DNA of 64,000 nt from Takakia lepidozioides (taxonomy: Eukaryota; Plantae; Bryophyta). Positions 49,348 through 62,258 of the stretch are shown piece by piece. Every line of letters begins with the position of its first letter. Position 1 is the first letter of the stretch. The notes beneath the pieces were generated by a model. It was not told the origin of the DNA and searched no databases. It saw only the letters and a list, made by a program, of their open reading frames with translations. The DNA lies in contig CM060731.1 of NCBI GenBank assembly GCA_030704615.1, positions 3,844,001-3,908,000 on the forward strand, written 5' to 3'. The translations under genes were made by a program, and so were the position numbers.

Positions 49348-49503
49348 TTTTAACAGGCAAGAGAAGACAACTATGTGGTCTGAGAAGAGGAAAGGAAGCT
49401 TAGATCTCTGATGTAAAATGAGAATGAGGCTCAGATTTGAGGACAAATAGTGCTTTAGAGTGGTGAACAATGATAGGAAGGGGATGTTTTTAATCCTGGT
49501 TAG

Positions 49504-52104
49504 ATGACCAAAGGTGATGAAGTGTACTTTGAGAATGCTGCTGGCACTTGTGGAGATGTCAGCAAACTGTATAAGGCAGGACTATCACAACAGGCACATC
49601 ACATTTTGAACCTGCAACCACACACTTGGGCGGACTCCAATGTCTCTGTCTTTTCCTTGCGAGAGTGTATCAATATGAAAAGGATATGCAAAGCATGGGC
49701 ATGCTGAGGGGGCTTTGGAGATCTATGAGCAAATGCACAGGGAAGGGGTGATGCCAGACAAGGCCACAGTCACTTGTGTTCTCAATGCACGTGCCAGGCT
49801 AGGAGCCCTGGAAAAGGGCAAAGAGGTCCACGCCGACATCATCGAAGCTGGAATTGCACCAGATATCATTCTGGAGACCGCCCTTGCTGATATGTATGCC
49901 AAGTGTGGATGCATGAATGATGCGCAACGAGTGTTTGATAATATGGCCCATCGAAATGTGGTCTCATGGAATGCAATGATAGCAGGATATGCTCAGCATG
50001 GGTGTGGTAAGGAGGCTTTCAAGATCTATGAGCAAATGCGAAGGGAAGGGGTGATTCCTGACAGGGTCACGTTCACGTGCGCTCTCAATGCATGTGCTGG
50101 CCTAAGAAGCCTGGAAAATGGCAAAGAGCTCCATGCTGGCATCATTAATGCTGGAATTGCACGAGATATTACTCTGGAGACTGCCCTTGTTGACATGTAT
50201 GCCAAGTGCGGGAGCATGAAGGATGCGCGTCAAGTGTTCGACAATATGGCTACACGAAATGTTTTCTCATGGAATGCCATGACCGCAGGGAATGTTCAGC
50301 ATGAGTGTGGTAGGGAGGCTTTGGAGGTCTATGAGCAAATGCAACGGGTAGGGGTGATTCCTGATAGCATCACCTTCACTTGCCTAGTCAATGTGTGTGC
50401 CAGCCTGGGAGCCCTGGAAAAGGGCAAAGAGGTCCATTCTGATATCAGCAGAACTGGAATGCTGCCACCAATCACCCTTGAGAATGCACTTATTGATATG
50501 TATGCCAAATGTGGGAGCATAAAGGATGCACGGCAAGTGTTGAACAGTATGTCTCAAAGAGATGTGGTATCATGGCAATGATCGCAGGCTATGCTCAGCA
50601 TGGATGTGGTAAGGAGGCTTTCGAAATTTACGAAAAAATGCAACAGGAAGGGGTGGTGCCCAACAGAATCACATTCACCTGCCTTCTCAATGCATTTGCC
50701 AACTTGGGAGCCCTCGAAAAGGGAAAGGAGGTCCTTCACAACCTCAGAGGACGTGGAATTGTGCCAGATATCATTCTCGAGAACACCCTTCTTGGCATGT
50801 ATGCCAAATGCGGGAGCATGAAGGATGCACATCAACTGTTTGACAACATGGCTCAACGAAATCTGATCTCATGGAGTGCTATGATAGGAGGAAGTGCACA
50901 ACATGGATGTGGTAGGGAGGCCTTGCAACTATTTGAACAAATGCAACAGGAAGGCTTGAAACCAAACAGTATCACCTTCATATCTCTCCTCTCTGCCTGT
51001 AGCCATGTGGGCCTGGTGGATGAAGGCCAGCACTACTTTGATTCCATAAGTTGCATTCATGGTCTCTATCCTACTGTGGAACATTATGGCTGCATGGTGG
51101 ACCTACTTGGCCGTGCAGGGCAATTGGAAGAGGCAGAGGATTTCATTAATAAGATGCAATCAAACCAGATGCTGGGGTGTGGAGGGCCTTGCTTGGTGCT
51201 TGCAGAACTCACGGTGACATAGGGGTAGCAGAATGTGCAGCAAAAAGACTTCTCGAGAGGGATCCGCACCATGCTGCAGCTTATGTGCTGCTATCAAACA
51301 TTTACGCCGCAGCTTGCAGGTGGGAAGATAAAGCAAAGGTGAGGAAATTGATGGAGGACAGAGGTGTCAGAAAGGAGCCAGGACAAAGCTGCATTGAGAT
51401 CGACAAACGGGTGCATAGATTTGTTGTACAAGACAAAGTGCATCCGCAAATAGAGGATATCCATGCTGAGCTGAAGAGGTTGGCTGGGCGGATGAAGGAG
51501 GCTGGGTATATGCCTGACACGCAATTTGTATTGCATGATGTGGAGGAGGAGCAAAAGGAACTTTCTCTTTGCCACCACAGTGAGAAGCTGGCCATTGCTT
51601 CTAGAACACCTATTCGTGTTGTCAAGAACCTTCAGGTGTGTGGCGACTGCCACACTGCCATCAAGTGTATATCTAAGATTGCTGGGCGAGAATATGTAAA
51701 CCCAAGTTTCAATCAAGGAAAATTGGCGAGTGACTAGCTAGCACGATTGAAGTGGGGGGGCTAGTGGAGAGGCAGGGGAAAGACACGCAGGGGCGAGAGA
51801 AAAGGGGGGGCTGTCGAGTAGACGGGTCCGGGCTGTAGGGACACCTAGAAAGAGGGGGGAGGGAATGCTTTATTTATAGAAGGTAGGAAATAGGCCCACC
51901 ATTGGATCAGCCAGTGGTGGGTTACAATTAGAGTTTTTATGGGCTTGGAATTAGTAGGAAAGTGTCAAAGGGTGGGGTGCTTTATGTAGAGTAGGACACG
52001 TGGGGCTGTCTTAGAAGTATGTAGGGTCTTCTGGAAGTTGTACGTGATACGAACCGCTTCCACCATTTCCAAGATGAGGTTTTTTCCTGTTGGGAGTACT
52101 GGTG
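49504..52104 (+). pseudogene. PLS-E-DYW PPR pseudogene (paralogue 6)
   Basis: ORF pieces 49504, 49715, 50509 and 51177 are joined by frameshifts. First L/S motifs are deleted; HSEKLAIA with a downstream deletion; CGDCH; terminal VVRDTNRFHHFQDEVFSCWEYW* (52037-52104) is separated by an insertion. Confidence 0.9.
51694..52036 (-). mobile_element. ~340-bp insertion in the DYW domain, resembles a partial LTR
   Basis: Interrupts IAGRE/VVRD. Starts near TGTAAACCC and has a minus-strand TATA box (tttatttatag, 51869-51879) with purine-rich flank. Confidence 0.55.
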
Positions 52105-52949
52105 AAGCAAGCACTGCGCATGCAAGAGATTGTGTCACTCCAAATTTGAGGGCAGAAAGCTAAATGATGTGCGATGTCTTAGAAGTAATTTCTAAAGATT
52201 AAAGAAACAACTCGTTCACTGCATCTGACATTCAGTAGTGTGCTTCTATGGGTTACACATGGTAATGACCACCAGTCACATATGGTTATAGATTGCTGTC
52301 TAGTGTCCCTGCGTTGGATCACTTTTCAGGCATCAATGTTTGTGTAATAGAGCCACAGACACCAGTTTCTATGGACACCCCGTCCTCTACATGCTGACTC
52401 TGCTGTAATGGGCGCTGTTTCCTTTGCTTCTCCATCAGTCACAAACTAGGCCCAAACAGTAGGAACAGTAAGAATGGAGAAGATCCTGCAGTTCTTCGGG
52501 TTGTCAGTCCTTTCTTATATAAATGTGAATCTGGGGATCCGATAAACATTGAAGAGGGTGATTTTATTGTCTTGGGACTGACTGGGCTACACCCAGTACT
52601 TTGCATTGTCAAGCTGGCCACTTTCTTAACCTGGATCTGAGTTCTGAAAATGTTTGGTAGACAGAGAGCGCCGTGATGTAAGACAGGGCTGGTTTTGCAC
52701 GTTGTTTCTGGATCATGGGCTTCGTAAGACATCCCAATGATTGAACTCACTACAGAAGTGTCATTTTAGAACTACATCGACTTACATCGGGAGAGATCCA
52801 CTATAGCAGTGCCACACGCGCTGACTTAAATACACCTCGGTGAGATGTTTCAAAAAACTCATTTGAGGCTCAACTGTGACGTTTTTTGATACCCCTCAGG
52901 AAAACCTCAAAATTTCCAAAAGATTCTGCTGCTAAACCTACTAAGCCAA

Positions 52950-55210
52950 TCAATATATGAAGCGAGACGTTTGTTTTGTTTTGTTTGTTTTGTTTGTAGC
53001 GTCGCTGAGATCTCCCAAACCGCGGGCCCCAGCGCGGGTGCTTGGTGCCGTTGGAAAGCCCTCGATGAGGAGGGGTGCAGCGGCTTGGTCTCATGATTTT
53101 TGGACCAGCGGTGTGGAAGATATGGAATTTCAAGTGCTTTGGGTCGCTGGAAATTCGGGAAAAATAGCAAAGTGGGCTTTCCTGGAGCAGTGATTGGTCC
53201 TTCACGTGGCAAATTTGGAATTTCAAGTACTTTTGCTCGCTGGAAATCCGCGAAAAATAGCAAAATGGATATATCAATATATGAAGCCTCGACAGGGGAG
53301 ATTGCAGAAATAGCAAAGTGGCTCTGTTGGAACAATGACGTGGAGATCTCCCAAACCGTAGGGTCTCTGGATGCATAGGGGATTGCACTGGCACTTAGAT
53401 GATTAGACACTAGAGGTCACACTTGGGCCTCTACATATATAAGAGACGCACTTGGATACATAGGAGATTGCACTTGGGCTTAGATGGCAGTGGACATTTG
53501 GGCCTCGACACAGGAGATGCACTTGATACATAGAAGATGGGCTTAGATGGGCCTTGACATAGGAGACGCACTGGGATACATAGGAAATTGCAATTGGTCT
53601 TAGATTTCACAAGCTACCCTAGAGGTCGCACTTGGGCCTCGACATAGGAGACACTGGACACTTGGGCCAACGGCACAGGCTACCCAGAAATTCGGGAAAA
53701 ATAGCAAAGTGGGCTTTTATGAGGCGAGACGTTTGTTTTGTTTTGTCACGTTGAGATGTCCCAAACCGCAAGGCCCTAGCCCGGGTGCTTGGTACCGTTG
53801 GAAAGCCCTCGACGAGGAGGGGTGCACGGGCTTGGTCTCAAGATTTTTGGACCTACAGTGTGGGAGATGTGGAATTCCAAGTCCTTTTGCTCGCTGGAAA
53901 TTCACGAAAAATAGCAAAAATGGCAAAGTGGGCTTTCTTGGGACATTGAATGGTTGGAGCCTCGACGGGAGAGATATCAAGGGAAAGGTCTCCGGTTCAA
54001 ATCTAGTCGTAGGCTCTATGGAAAAAAATTGATTAGATGACATTGGACACTTGGGCCAACGGCATAGGCTACCCAGAAATTCGGGAAAAATAGCAAAGTG
54101 GGCTTTTTTGGACAATGATTGGAGCCTCGACGGAACATATATCAATAATGATTGGATATATTACTACTCAATAACTTCATGAAAAAAATTAAATTGGGCC
54201 TTAACATGGGAGAAGAACTTGGATACATAGGAGATTGCACTTGGGCTTAGATGACATTGGACACTTGGGCCTCTACAGAGAGATGCACTTGGATACATGA
54301 ATAGAAGATTGCACTTGGGCTTAAATGGGCCTTGACATAGGAGACGCACTTGCATACATAGGAAATTGCACTTGGTCTTAGGTTTCAATTCTTCACACAT
54401 AGGCCAAAGGCGTAGGCTACACTAGAGGTCGCACTTGGGCCTCAACATAGGAGATGCACTGGGATAGATAGGAAATTGTACTTGGTCTTAGATTTCAATT
54501 CTTTACACACATGGGCCAAAGGCACATGCTACCCTAGAGGTCACACTTGGGCCTCGACAGAGAGGACGCGCTCGGATACGTAGAAGATCTTACACTTGGG
54601 CTTAGATGAGAGTGGATCTTTGGGCTTAGATGACACTGGACACTTGGGCCAACGGCACAGGCTACCCTAGTCAATATATGAAGAGACGTTTGTTTTGTTT
54701 TGTTTTGTAGCGTCGTTGAGATCTCCCAAACCGCGGGCCCCGACGCGGGTGCTTGGTGCCGTTGGAAAGCCCTCGATGAGGAGGGGTGCACCGGCTTGGT
54801 CTCATGATTTTGGGACCCGCGGTGTGGGAGATCTGGAATTTCAAGTGCTTTTGGTCGCTGGAAATTCACAAAAAAATAGCAGAAATGGCAAAGTGGGCAT
54901 TCATGGGACAATGGTTGGAGCCTCGACGGGAGAGATATCAAGGGAAAGGTCTCCAGTTCAAATTTGGTTGTAGGCTCTTTGAAGAAAAAAAAATGATTAG
55001 ATATGGGATTGCACTTGGACTTAGATGACACTTGGGCCTGTACATGGGAGATGCATTTGGATACATGAATACAAGATTGCACTTGAGCTTAGATTTCTAT
55101 TGTTCACACATGGGCCAACGGCATAGCTACACTTGAGGTCGCACTTGGGCCTCGACATAGGAGACCCACTTGGATACACAAGAAATTGCACTTAGGCTTA
55201 GATTTCAATG
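52950..55210 (+). mobile_element. Tandem non-autonomous Helitrons
   Basis: 5' a|TCAATATATGAAG at 52950. The 3' gggccaacggcacaggctaccCTAG ends at 54670 and is immediately followed by a new TCAATATATGAAG. Internal cacttgggcttagat subrepeats and three copies of the gtttgttttg...ggaaagccctcga block. Confidence 0.7.
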
Positions 55211-55633
55211 TTTGAAAGGGGGTGTGGGGATTAGAGAGTGGTCCAGGAATTATGAAGCGGGAGTTATAGTAAGCTACAGCAGTAGTTCAATTAATAACTG
55301 TCATGTAAAGGGGGGGGGGGGGGAGACAAGAAGGTAAGACCTATTAAATAGGGATGGTTCACGGTTAGATTGGGGTTAGGCGTGGTGGTTTCTAGGAGTG
55401 ACGTGTGTCAGGGCAGCCATCTAGAAGGTCCCACCGCTTCAGGGGTCTGCGGCCTTCTAGAAGGGTCCACCGCCCCATTAGGAGAGCGGGCTCTCTTCCC
55501 CTGCATCGTATACGTACTAGTACCTAGGGGGCTGTGCACACGCAAGGCCCCAAAAATAAAAGCAAACCATGACATAATAAATTAATAAAAGTAGAGGTAA
55601 TGATGAATAAGCCCCCCAAGTTTGGGTGGGGCC

Positions 55634-58290
55634 ATTTTATTTTATTTTTATTTTATTTTAAAGAGAAAGGACCTCGGCCCTGAAACTTTATTATAATAAT
55701 TATTTGTGGGAAAAAAAAATTAAAACCCCGTTGAAACGCCATACAGGCACACACACCATAATCAGTGAAGGTGGAACTGTCCTCCTATAAGGAGTGTATC
55801 AATGTGAGAACAACTAGCATCAACCTAGATGGATGCAAAACATCTCCCGGAGTGGTTCTGTGAAATAGTGTTGGCCACATTGGCCATCCATCCAATCCTG
55901 GATGAAAACCATTCTCTCAGTGTTGGATTGCTTTCCGAGAGAAGTGTTTTGACGAGCCCTAAGGTCTGAATGCTTAGGGGGTCGGGGTGGACGAGCAAGA
56001 GCTCTACGGACTGCAGACTAGGATTTGTAGCTGCGTTTCAAGGTAAGCATCACTATGCGAAGATTCAGCTAAACAAGATTGGCTACATTGCTTGGGTCTA
56101 TTGGAGGATATGAAGTTGTCTAACGAAACCTGAGCCTGGCAATCGTCTTGATGTGCCTCCAGTTAACATCCCTGTCAAACTCTGGGGATGCCTCCAAGGA
56201 TTGCTGTCCCGAGATCCCTCCAAGAGACGGGAGGGGGAGTGTTGACCAGTGGCATGTTGATCGATCGATGGTAATGCAGAGGTGCCCACCGACTGCCCAA
56301 GTGCCCCGGAATGAGGCATGCAATCCTGCTGCATTTTGGGGGGGCCTTCGAATATCTGCACACAATTTCAACCATGCCTTTCTTGCCTCAATTTGCAAGT
56401 CCCAGAATTTTTTTGAGAGCAGTACAGACATAGAGCATGTTGAATGTAACAGTGACCAGGCACACCGTGATTTCCATATGTGCCATAGAGTAGATGCTCG
56501 AAGAGACTCGAAGACCGGACAGTGTATTGTTGTGCTTTTAGAGTGAGTGTCATAGTGAAGCAGCAGCTTGATGGGTGACAATGGTTGAGGGTCCCAATCT
56601 CTGTATAGTTCTTTCACTAGGGTCCAGATTTTTCTGGGAGCGTGGCAGCGTAGAAGGCAATGCTCGAGCATTTCCAGCAAGCTTGAGGTACAACATTTGC
56701 ATAAAAGAGCTTCCTGAAATTGCAGCCACTCTCCCACCTTGAGCACCCTGTTTGCAATCTGCCAGAGGAATGCAGATAACTTTGCAAGCCTAGTTTTTTT
56801 CCATATAGCTTTCCAGTTCTCATTGTTGAAGCCATAGGATTGCCATTTGGTGTTCCATTTATCCTGCAGGGGTTCCGGGGCTGCCATGGCTCTGTATGCC
56901 TTCCTAGTGGTATATGCAAAGAAGGGGGTTGGGGTTCCTCTGAATGACCAGCTCCATTCCTTGGGGTCAAATTGCAGGTCTGCCAGAGGCCTTCCCAGAA
57001 CCCAGAGGAAGGTGGAACTCGCCAACCAGGTATGAATGGGCATAGCAGGGTCTGGCTCCGGGTTCATATCCTTTGAGTTTGAGGATCTATGGTCGACCAT
57101 CTGGCATGCATGGGGAAGGCTAAGACCTTTCCTCAAAAAATCTGAACCACTATCCTATGACGAAACCATGAGGCAACATTTATTTCTAAACAACAACAAA
57201 CCATCTCAAGCTCAACGAACCCAGGCAAAAAGATGGTCTTCTTGGGACAGGGATGGGGTCACTCAAGTCAAAGACATTTGGTTCAACCACTTATTTAAGG
57301 ACCATACATCCATAGCTCTCAAAATTGGCAAGGCGAGGGCTGCAAATGCCTACCAGGCTGTCCAAGACTCTATCCCATCTTCCTGGCTTGCAATTTTGCA
57401 ATCTGGAGGCTCATCTCCAAACACTACCTTCTGGACTCTGAGAATTGTGAACAACACCCTCTCGGTCTTCTTCATTCAGGATAGAGTTCAAAATGCCCTA
57501 CTTGGATTTCCATTTTCAATCCACCCAGTTACAATGATTCTATCCCTTCAAAGCCAGACCCCGTTTTGTGTTTGAATCCTTGTGTCACCCAGCGAAAGGA
57601 TGAGTTCCATAAAGAGTGTCTGAGAGGCGAGGAGGTTTGGATACTCCCTGCCACCAGGAATTTCCACCATCCCCCTTCTGGGCTGAAGAAGCGTGGTATC
57701 CATTTACCAAGTAGGGCCGTGATTTGTGTGTCTGGATCGATTAGGCCAAGGCCCCCTAATTTTTTGGGGAGGCGGATTTGCTTCCAAGATACTTGTGGTC
57801 TTTTGCGATTTGAGTATGAATCTTTGGCTCCCCAGACAAAGTTCCTAAGGAGAGCTCTGATCTGTTTAGTTTGGGATGGATTAGGCTTCCACGATGAAGA
57901 GAAAAACCAAATTCCAGCCGAGTGAATCTGGTTGGCTGTCAGAACTCTACCCGTTAGGGAGAGGTGTTTTGACCCCCAGAAGGCAAGTTTATTTTTTAGC
58001 TTTGTCAGAGTTAGAGCAAAGCGTTGCTCATCTGTGAGATCCACTCCAAATGTGTAGCCTAGGTATGTTGTTGATTGACCGGGCTGCAGCCATGAGAGGC
58101 CTAGTTGGGCACCCCATGTAGGGATGGTGCCTATGGAGGATGTTGTTGTATTCCCCGCCAGGATTGCGCATGTTTTGGTCTAGTTAACTTTGAACCCCGA
58201 AGCTCGACAAAATGAATCCAGAGTTTCTGATGTGCTATTAAGGTTTGCTGTGGTTGCATCCAGAATTAGAAGAGTGTCATCTACAAACAT
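55634..58290 (-). mobile_element. L1-type LINE, 3' half of ORF2, with internal inversion; cut off by a CACTA element
   Basis: MFVDDTLL (RT), TYLGYTFG, LSLTGRVLTANQI, LPKKLGGLGL, zf-RVT-like FLWQIANRVL...CKCC...EHCLLRC; A-rich tail at 55634-55660. Confidence 0.9.
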
Positions 58291-60240
58291 CACTACAGGA
58301 AAAGGGGGGCCTTTGCGACGCCCAAGCCGCACCGCAGTGTCGGGAAAACGCCCTTTCTCGGGCAGGGGGCAGGCGCAGAATTTGCGACGCCCGGCCGTCG
58401 CCCGGCAGTCGCATGGGCGTCGCCAAAATGACGTCGCAAAAATGCGACGTATGGGGGTCGCGAGCCCCCGCCCCAACTCCCGCGACTGTCGGACGTCGCT
58501 TTTCGGGCCGTCCACGCCGATGGCAGGGGCCTCCGTCGAGCGACGTCTCGCCGTCGCGGCCCTCCAGCCGACGGCGTTGGTGGGGGCGCCGGCGCGGCGT
58601 CGCCTCCCTTTTTTTTTCTAACCTGCCCGGGAGTCCCATCATAAAACCCAAAAACACATGGCGTAAGCCGGGTGGTACGCCAAGCGACTATTGGGCGTGG
58701 CAAAAAAAAACAGCAGGAGAAAAGTCGGGCTCCGCCACGCCCGGGAGTGGGTTTTGGCGACGCTCTGCGTCGCTTTTTTATATTTTATAATTTATATATT
58801 TATTTAATAATAGTAATTTATAATATATATATAATTAAAAAAACGTGGCGCAGGTAGGGTGGTTGGCTACGCGACGCCAGGGCGTCGCGGCTTGCGACCC
58901 CCGGACCAAAAAAACACGTCGCAGGGGGTGTCGGGGGTTGCCGCCCGCATTGGGATTGGCGACGCCGGTCGCGCGGCGTTCGACCCCCGCCCAAAAACAC
59001 GTCGCCATTGGCGACGTCCTGCAGTCGCGAGGGCAGCCTGGTGGGGGGGGGGGGTTTGGGGTTGATTTTGGGGTGAATTGGGGGTGGTTTTTTGTTTTTT
59101 GCCTGGTTTTGTTTTTGGGGATGGGAGACGTTACAGTTGCATTTCTCTGATTTAGCAGGTACACAATTGAGCAAGCATGAATCAAGGGTGAGGACGGTGC
59201 GACACATGAATAAGTTGGAAAGATGGAAAGATGGAAATATATTTACATGAAATGAGATGAAAAGCTCACAAGGTTCAGTAGGCTGACCCTGGGACCTACA
59301 TGCACTAGGACTAGTCATCCTCATCCTCATCCTCAGTGGAGGACTCAGAGCTATCCAATGAGCCTGATGACTCCGCGCCCTTTGCCAGAGCACCTAAATG
59401 AGGCGGCGTTCCCCTAAGTCCCACAGAGCTCTCATCCAATCCCTGGCCATGACCCCCAACCTCATCCATACTAGTGCCCTGTAGTACACTCATCCCCTCC
59501 GTGTTGGCCATGTTCTTCATGAGGGATTGCCAACCATGTTCCTTGACGTAGTTGTACTCTACCGGAGATGGCTTCCTCTCAAACGCGCGTTGCTACACAT
59601 GCCACAAATTAAAGTCAGTTCTTCGCGATGATGGAGCCAGAAAGAAGACATAACAAAATACATAGGGAAGTACGACTTACAAATCGCAAGATAAAACCCT
59701 TGGATCCGCCAGCGCCCCACTTGTGTGTGGATTCGTGCTTGTCAAGGTGGACTGTTGTTGCTTCGCGTGCCCGGTCAAATTTGGCTTTGTTTGCAGCATC
59801 AGTCTCTCCCGCAATGAGTGCATCCCATGATACCTATGCCCCCCCCCCCCCCCCAACAATTAGTGAATTACACACATACATTGCATCGAATCCACCTCAT
59901 TAATGCACATGCGACAAATGGAAGGTGACATGATTCAGGATTTGCCAACCTGTGTAATTCCATAAGGTGGTTTGGGTATGGCCCCATTTTCCATTGCCCT
60001 CCGAATAATCTGTCTCCTTTAGGAAGTTGTCTACAACATTTGTGAGCATTATGATGTACACTCTATTTTTTCACTCTACAAAGTAAAGTTTTATGAATGA
60101 GCCAATCAATGTATGTAGGTTAGTACATGGCAGTCTGCACATAGAATTGAGGAGGCCAAATCTGTTGTAACTCATGAAAATCTTGCTTTGATGTGTTCAT
60201 TCATTATAATGTAAGTGCATACTCATAATCTTCTAGGTCC
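58291..60240. mobile_element. CACTA (En/Spm) element end with subterminal repeats and terminal exons
   Basis: CACTACAGGAAAA at 58291 exactly where LINE homology stops. Dense GCGACG/CGTCGC repeats at 58310-59030; minus-strand acidic-tailed exon 59311-59595. The other end is not in the window. Confidence 0.85.
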
Positions 60241-60590
60241 AGTGAAAAGAAGTGGTATGTAACATGGGATAGTACTGCCCCTGAATGGGGTCACATTGAT
60301 GGTGTCACCCGTAAGCCCAGGGTCCTTGCCTTACCCTTCCTGCTAGGGAACTATCTCCGATCGCTGCCAGAGATCGGGGCTCACTTTCATATATCGGGTC
60401 CATGAATGTTGTGGATCCTATTGAGCTGGAGCCTCGATTATCTTTCACATCGGGGCCTTACCCTGGTGGAATGGTGAATGCCCTTACACAGTGGTGGATG
60501 CCCTTACCCTATAGAGTGCCCACACAATTCTTCACCAATTCAGTTTTTTTCTCACTTCATGCATGATAGGGTGCATCCACAGTTTTTTCT

Positions 60591-60975
60591 CAGGGATGAA
60601 TGGGATGAATGGTGACGACGAAATATGGAGGCAACATGGATAGGGGTGGAATGGATGGGATGAATGGGATGAATGGTGACGACGAAATACGAATGATAAC
60701 ATGGATAGGGTTTGAATGGATGGGATGAATGGGATGAATGGTGATGGCGCAATATGGATGAAATGAGGATAGGGTTCAGATGGATGGGATGAATGTGATG
60801 AATGGTGATGTCGAATACGGATGATAACATGGATAGGGATGAATGGGATGAATGTTGACGACGAAAATCACATGATAACATGCATAGGATTTCCTATGAA
60901 TTTCAGAATGGGATGAAGGTGATGGCCTGAATACGGATGAGGATGATAATATGCATAGGCTTGATATGGATGAAC
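60591..60975. repeat. Minisatellite built of GGATGAATG units (~60-bp higher-order period)
   Basis: gggatgaatgggatgaatggtgacgacgaaata...atggataggg repeated about 5 times. Confidence 0.85.
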
Positions 60976-62258
60976 GGTTTGAGGGTTCCTCTTCTCATGT
61001 CCGTTGCATTGTATGCATGTCCCTGTTTCCATGGCTGCAATGCTAGTGAGTAGCCGTTCATCAGCCAGCCTACGAGGTGACCACTCTACCACTATGTAGG
61101 ATGCATATGGAACAATGTAATGTACATGGTTTAAGGATGGTTGAGGCAAATTATGTCTTGTATCCTTCTATGCATTTTTGCAATGGTGTTGCAGTGCCAA
61201 AGTCTGCAAAGCAATATCCATTGTGAGGTTTTATGAGAGCATGGAATGAATGAATGAATGAATGAAATGAATGCAAACACCCCTGTGGGAATAACACATT
61301 AGACATGCCATGACATGAAAATTAACCCAAACACAGTCCAGAATCCATGCAATTTCATATCAACCGCCTTCATGATTAGCACTAACCACATAATGTATGG
61401 TAATTGTAGCCTACATATCCACACAATTTGGAAGCAAAGTCACAGCATGAGAACGAAAACATATCATGAAGCATGGCACGTCATGGGAACATTAGGATTG
61501 CCAATGTGGGACCAATGTCATGGTGGTCAAATAACTTCCATGGCCCCATCTATTACTTGGCATAACAAACAGGGCAGCGTAGCTACGGCGTGAGCCCAGC
61601 CCGTGAGCCTGGGAGTGAGCTCACGTGTAGCTGCAAACGTGAGTGAGCTCACGCTCCAAGGGAAGCGTGAGCGGCCAAATTGCTGGAGAAGCAGGTCTTA
61701 TAGGCGAGGATTGCAAGAAGAGGGCCTATTACCATGGACCAAACAAAGGGGGCCCCATGCACCATGTCTGCAATGCCTGCACAAAAGAGGCATATGAAAA
61801 TATGGCAGAATTGAGCTCAGAATGATTGACACACTTTATTTCAATTCACAGATAGGCGCTTACAATGAATGGCAGTGCATTTGCCCTGGTTCCGTAAACG
61901 AAATGTATTTTTTGTTGTCGGAAATGCAAAGTCTTCACACGGTAAACCTGTAAACCAGCATGGAAGCGGCCAAGGGCCTCGTATATGTGTTTTCAAAGAG
62001 AATTTGTGGCGGAGCCCACGTGAGGGGTCCCGCCCTGCAGAAGGGTGATGACTTCTTCCAGCCAATGTGGCTTGTGAATGAATTGGTCCTCTTTCTTACC
62101 GTCCGCAAACACATAATTAAAAGGTATAATAGTACTATGATGCTTGTCAGGGGAAACCCACTTCCCTCTCCATGAAAATAGTTCCGAGAGCGCCCTCACA
62201 CTCATCGTTTACGCAAAATCCGGACAAGGCAAGTAGGGAATTCCTCCCCACGGTAACC

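Noticed and set aside
19214-51716. Many antisense ORFs with recurring MLPHLAYMS / MSNTLRASF peptides
   Set aside because: They are reverse-frame shadows of the PPR repeats, not genes.
52870-55082. 100-180-aa ORFs in the repeat block
   Set aside because: They overlap in several frames inside repeated non-autonomous Helitron sequence and have no Rep/helicase motifs.
53380-55200. Regularly spaced cacttgggc repeats resembling a CRISPR array
   Set aside because: Eukaryotic context, spacers are themselves repetitive, and there are no cas genes. The same applies to 60591-60975.
58190-59393. Arg/Pro-rich ORFs on both strands
   Set aside because: By-product of GC-rich CACTA subterminal repeats.
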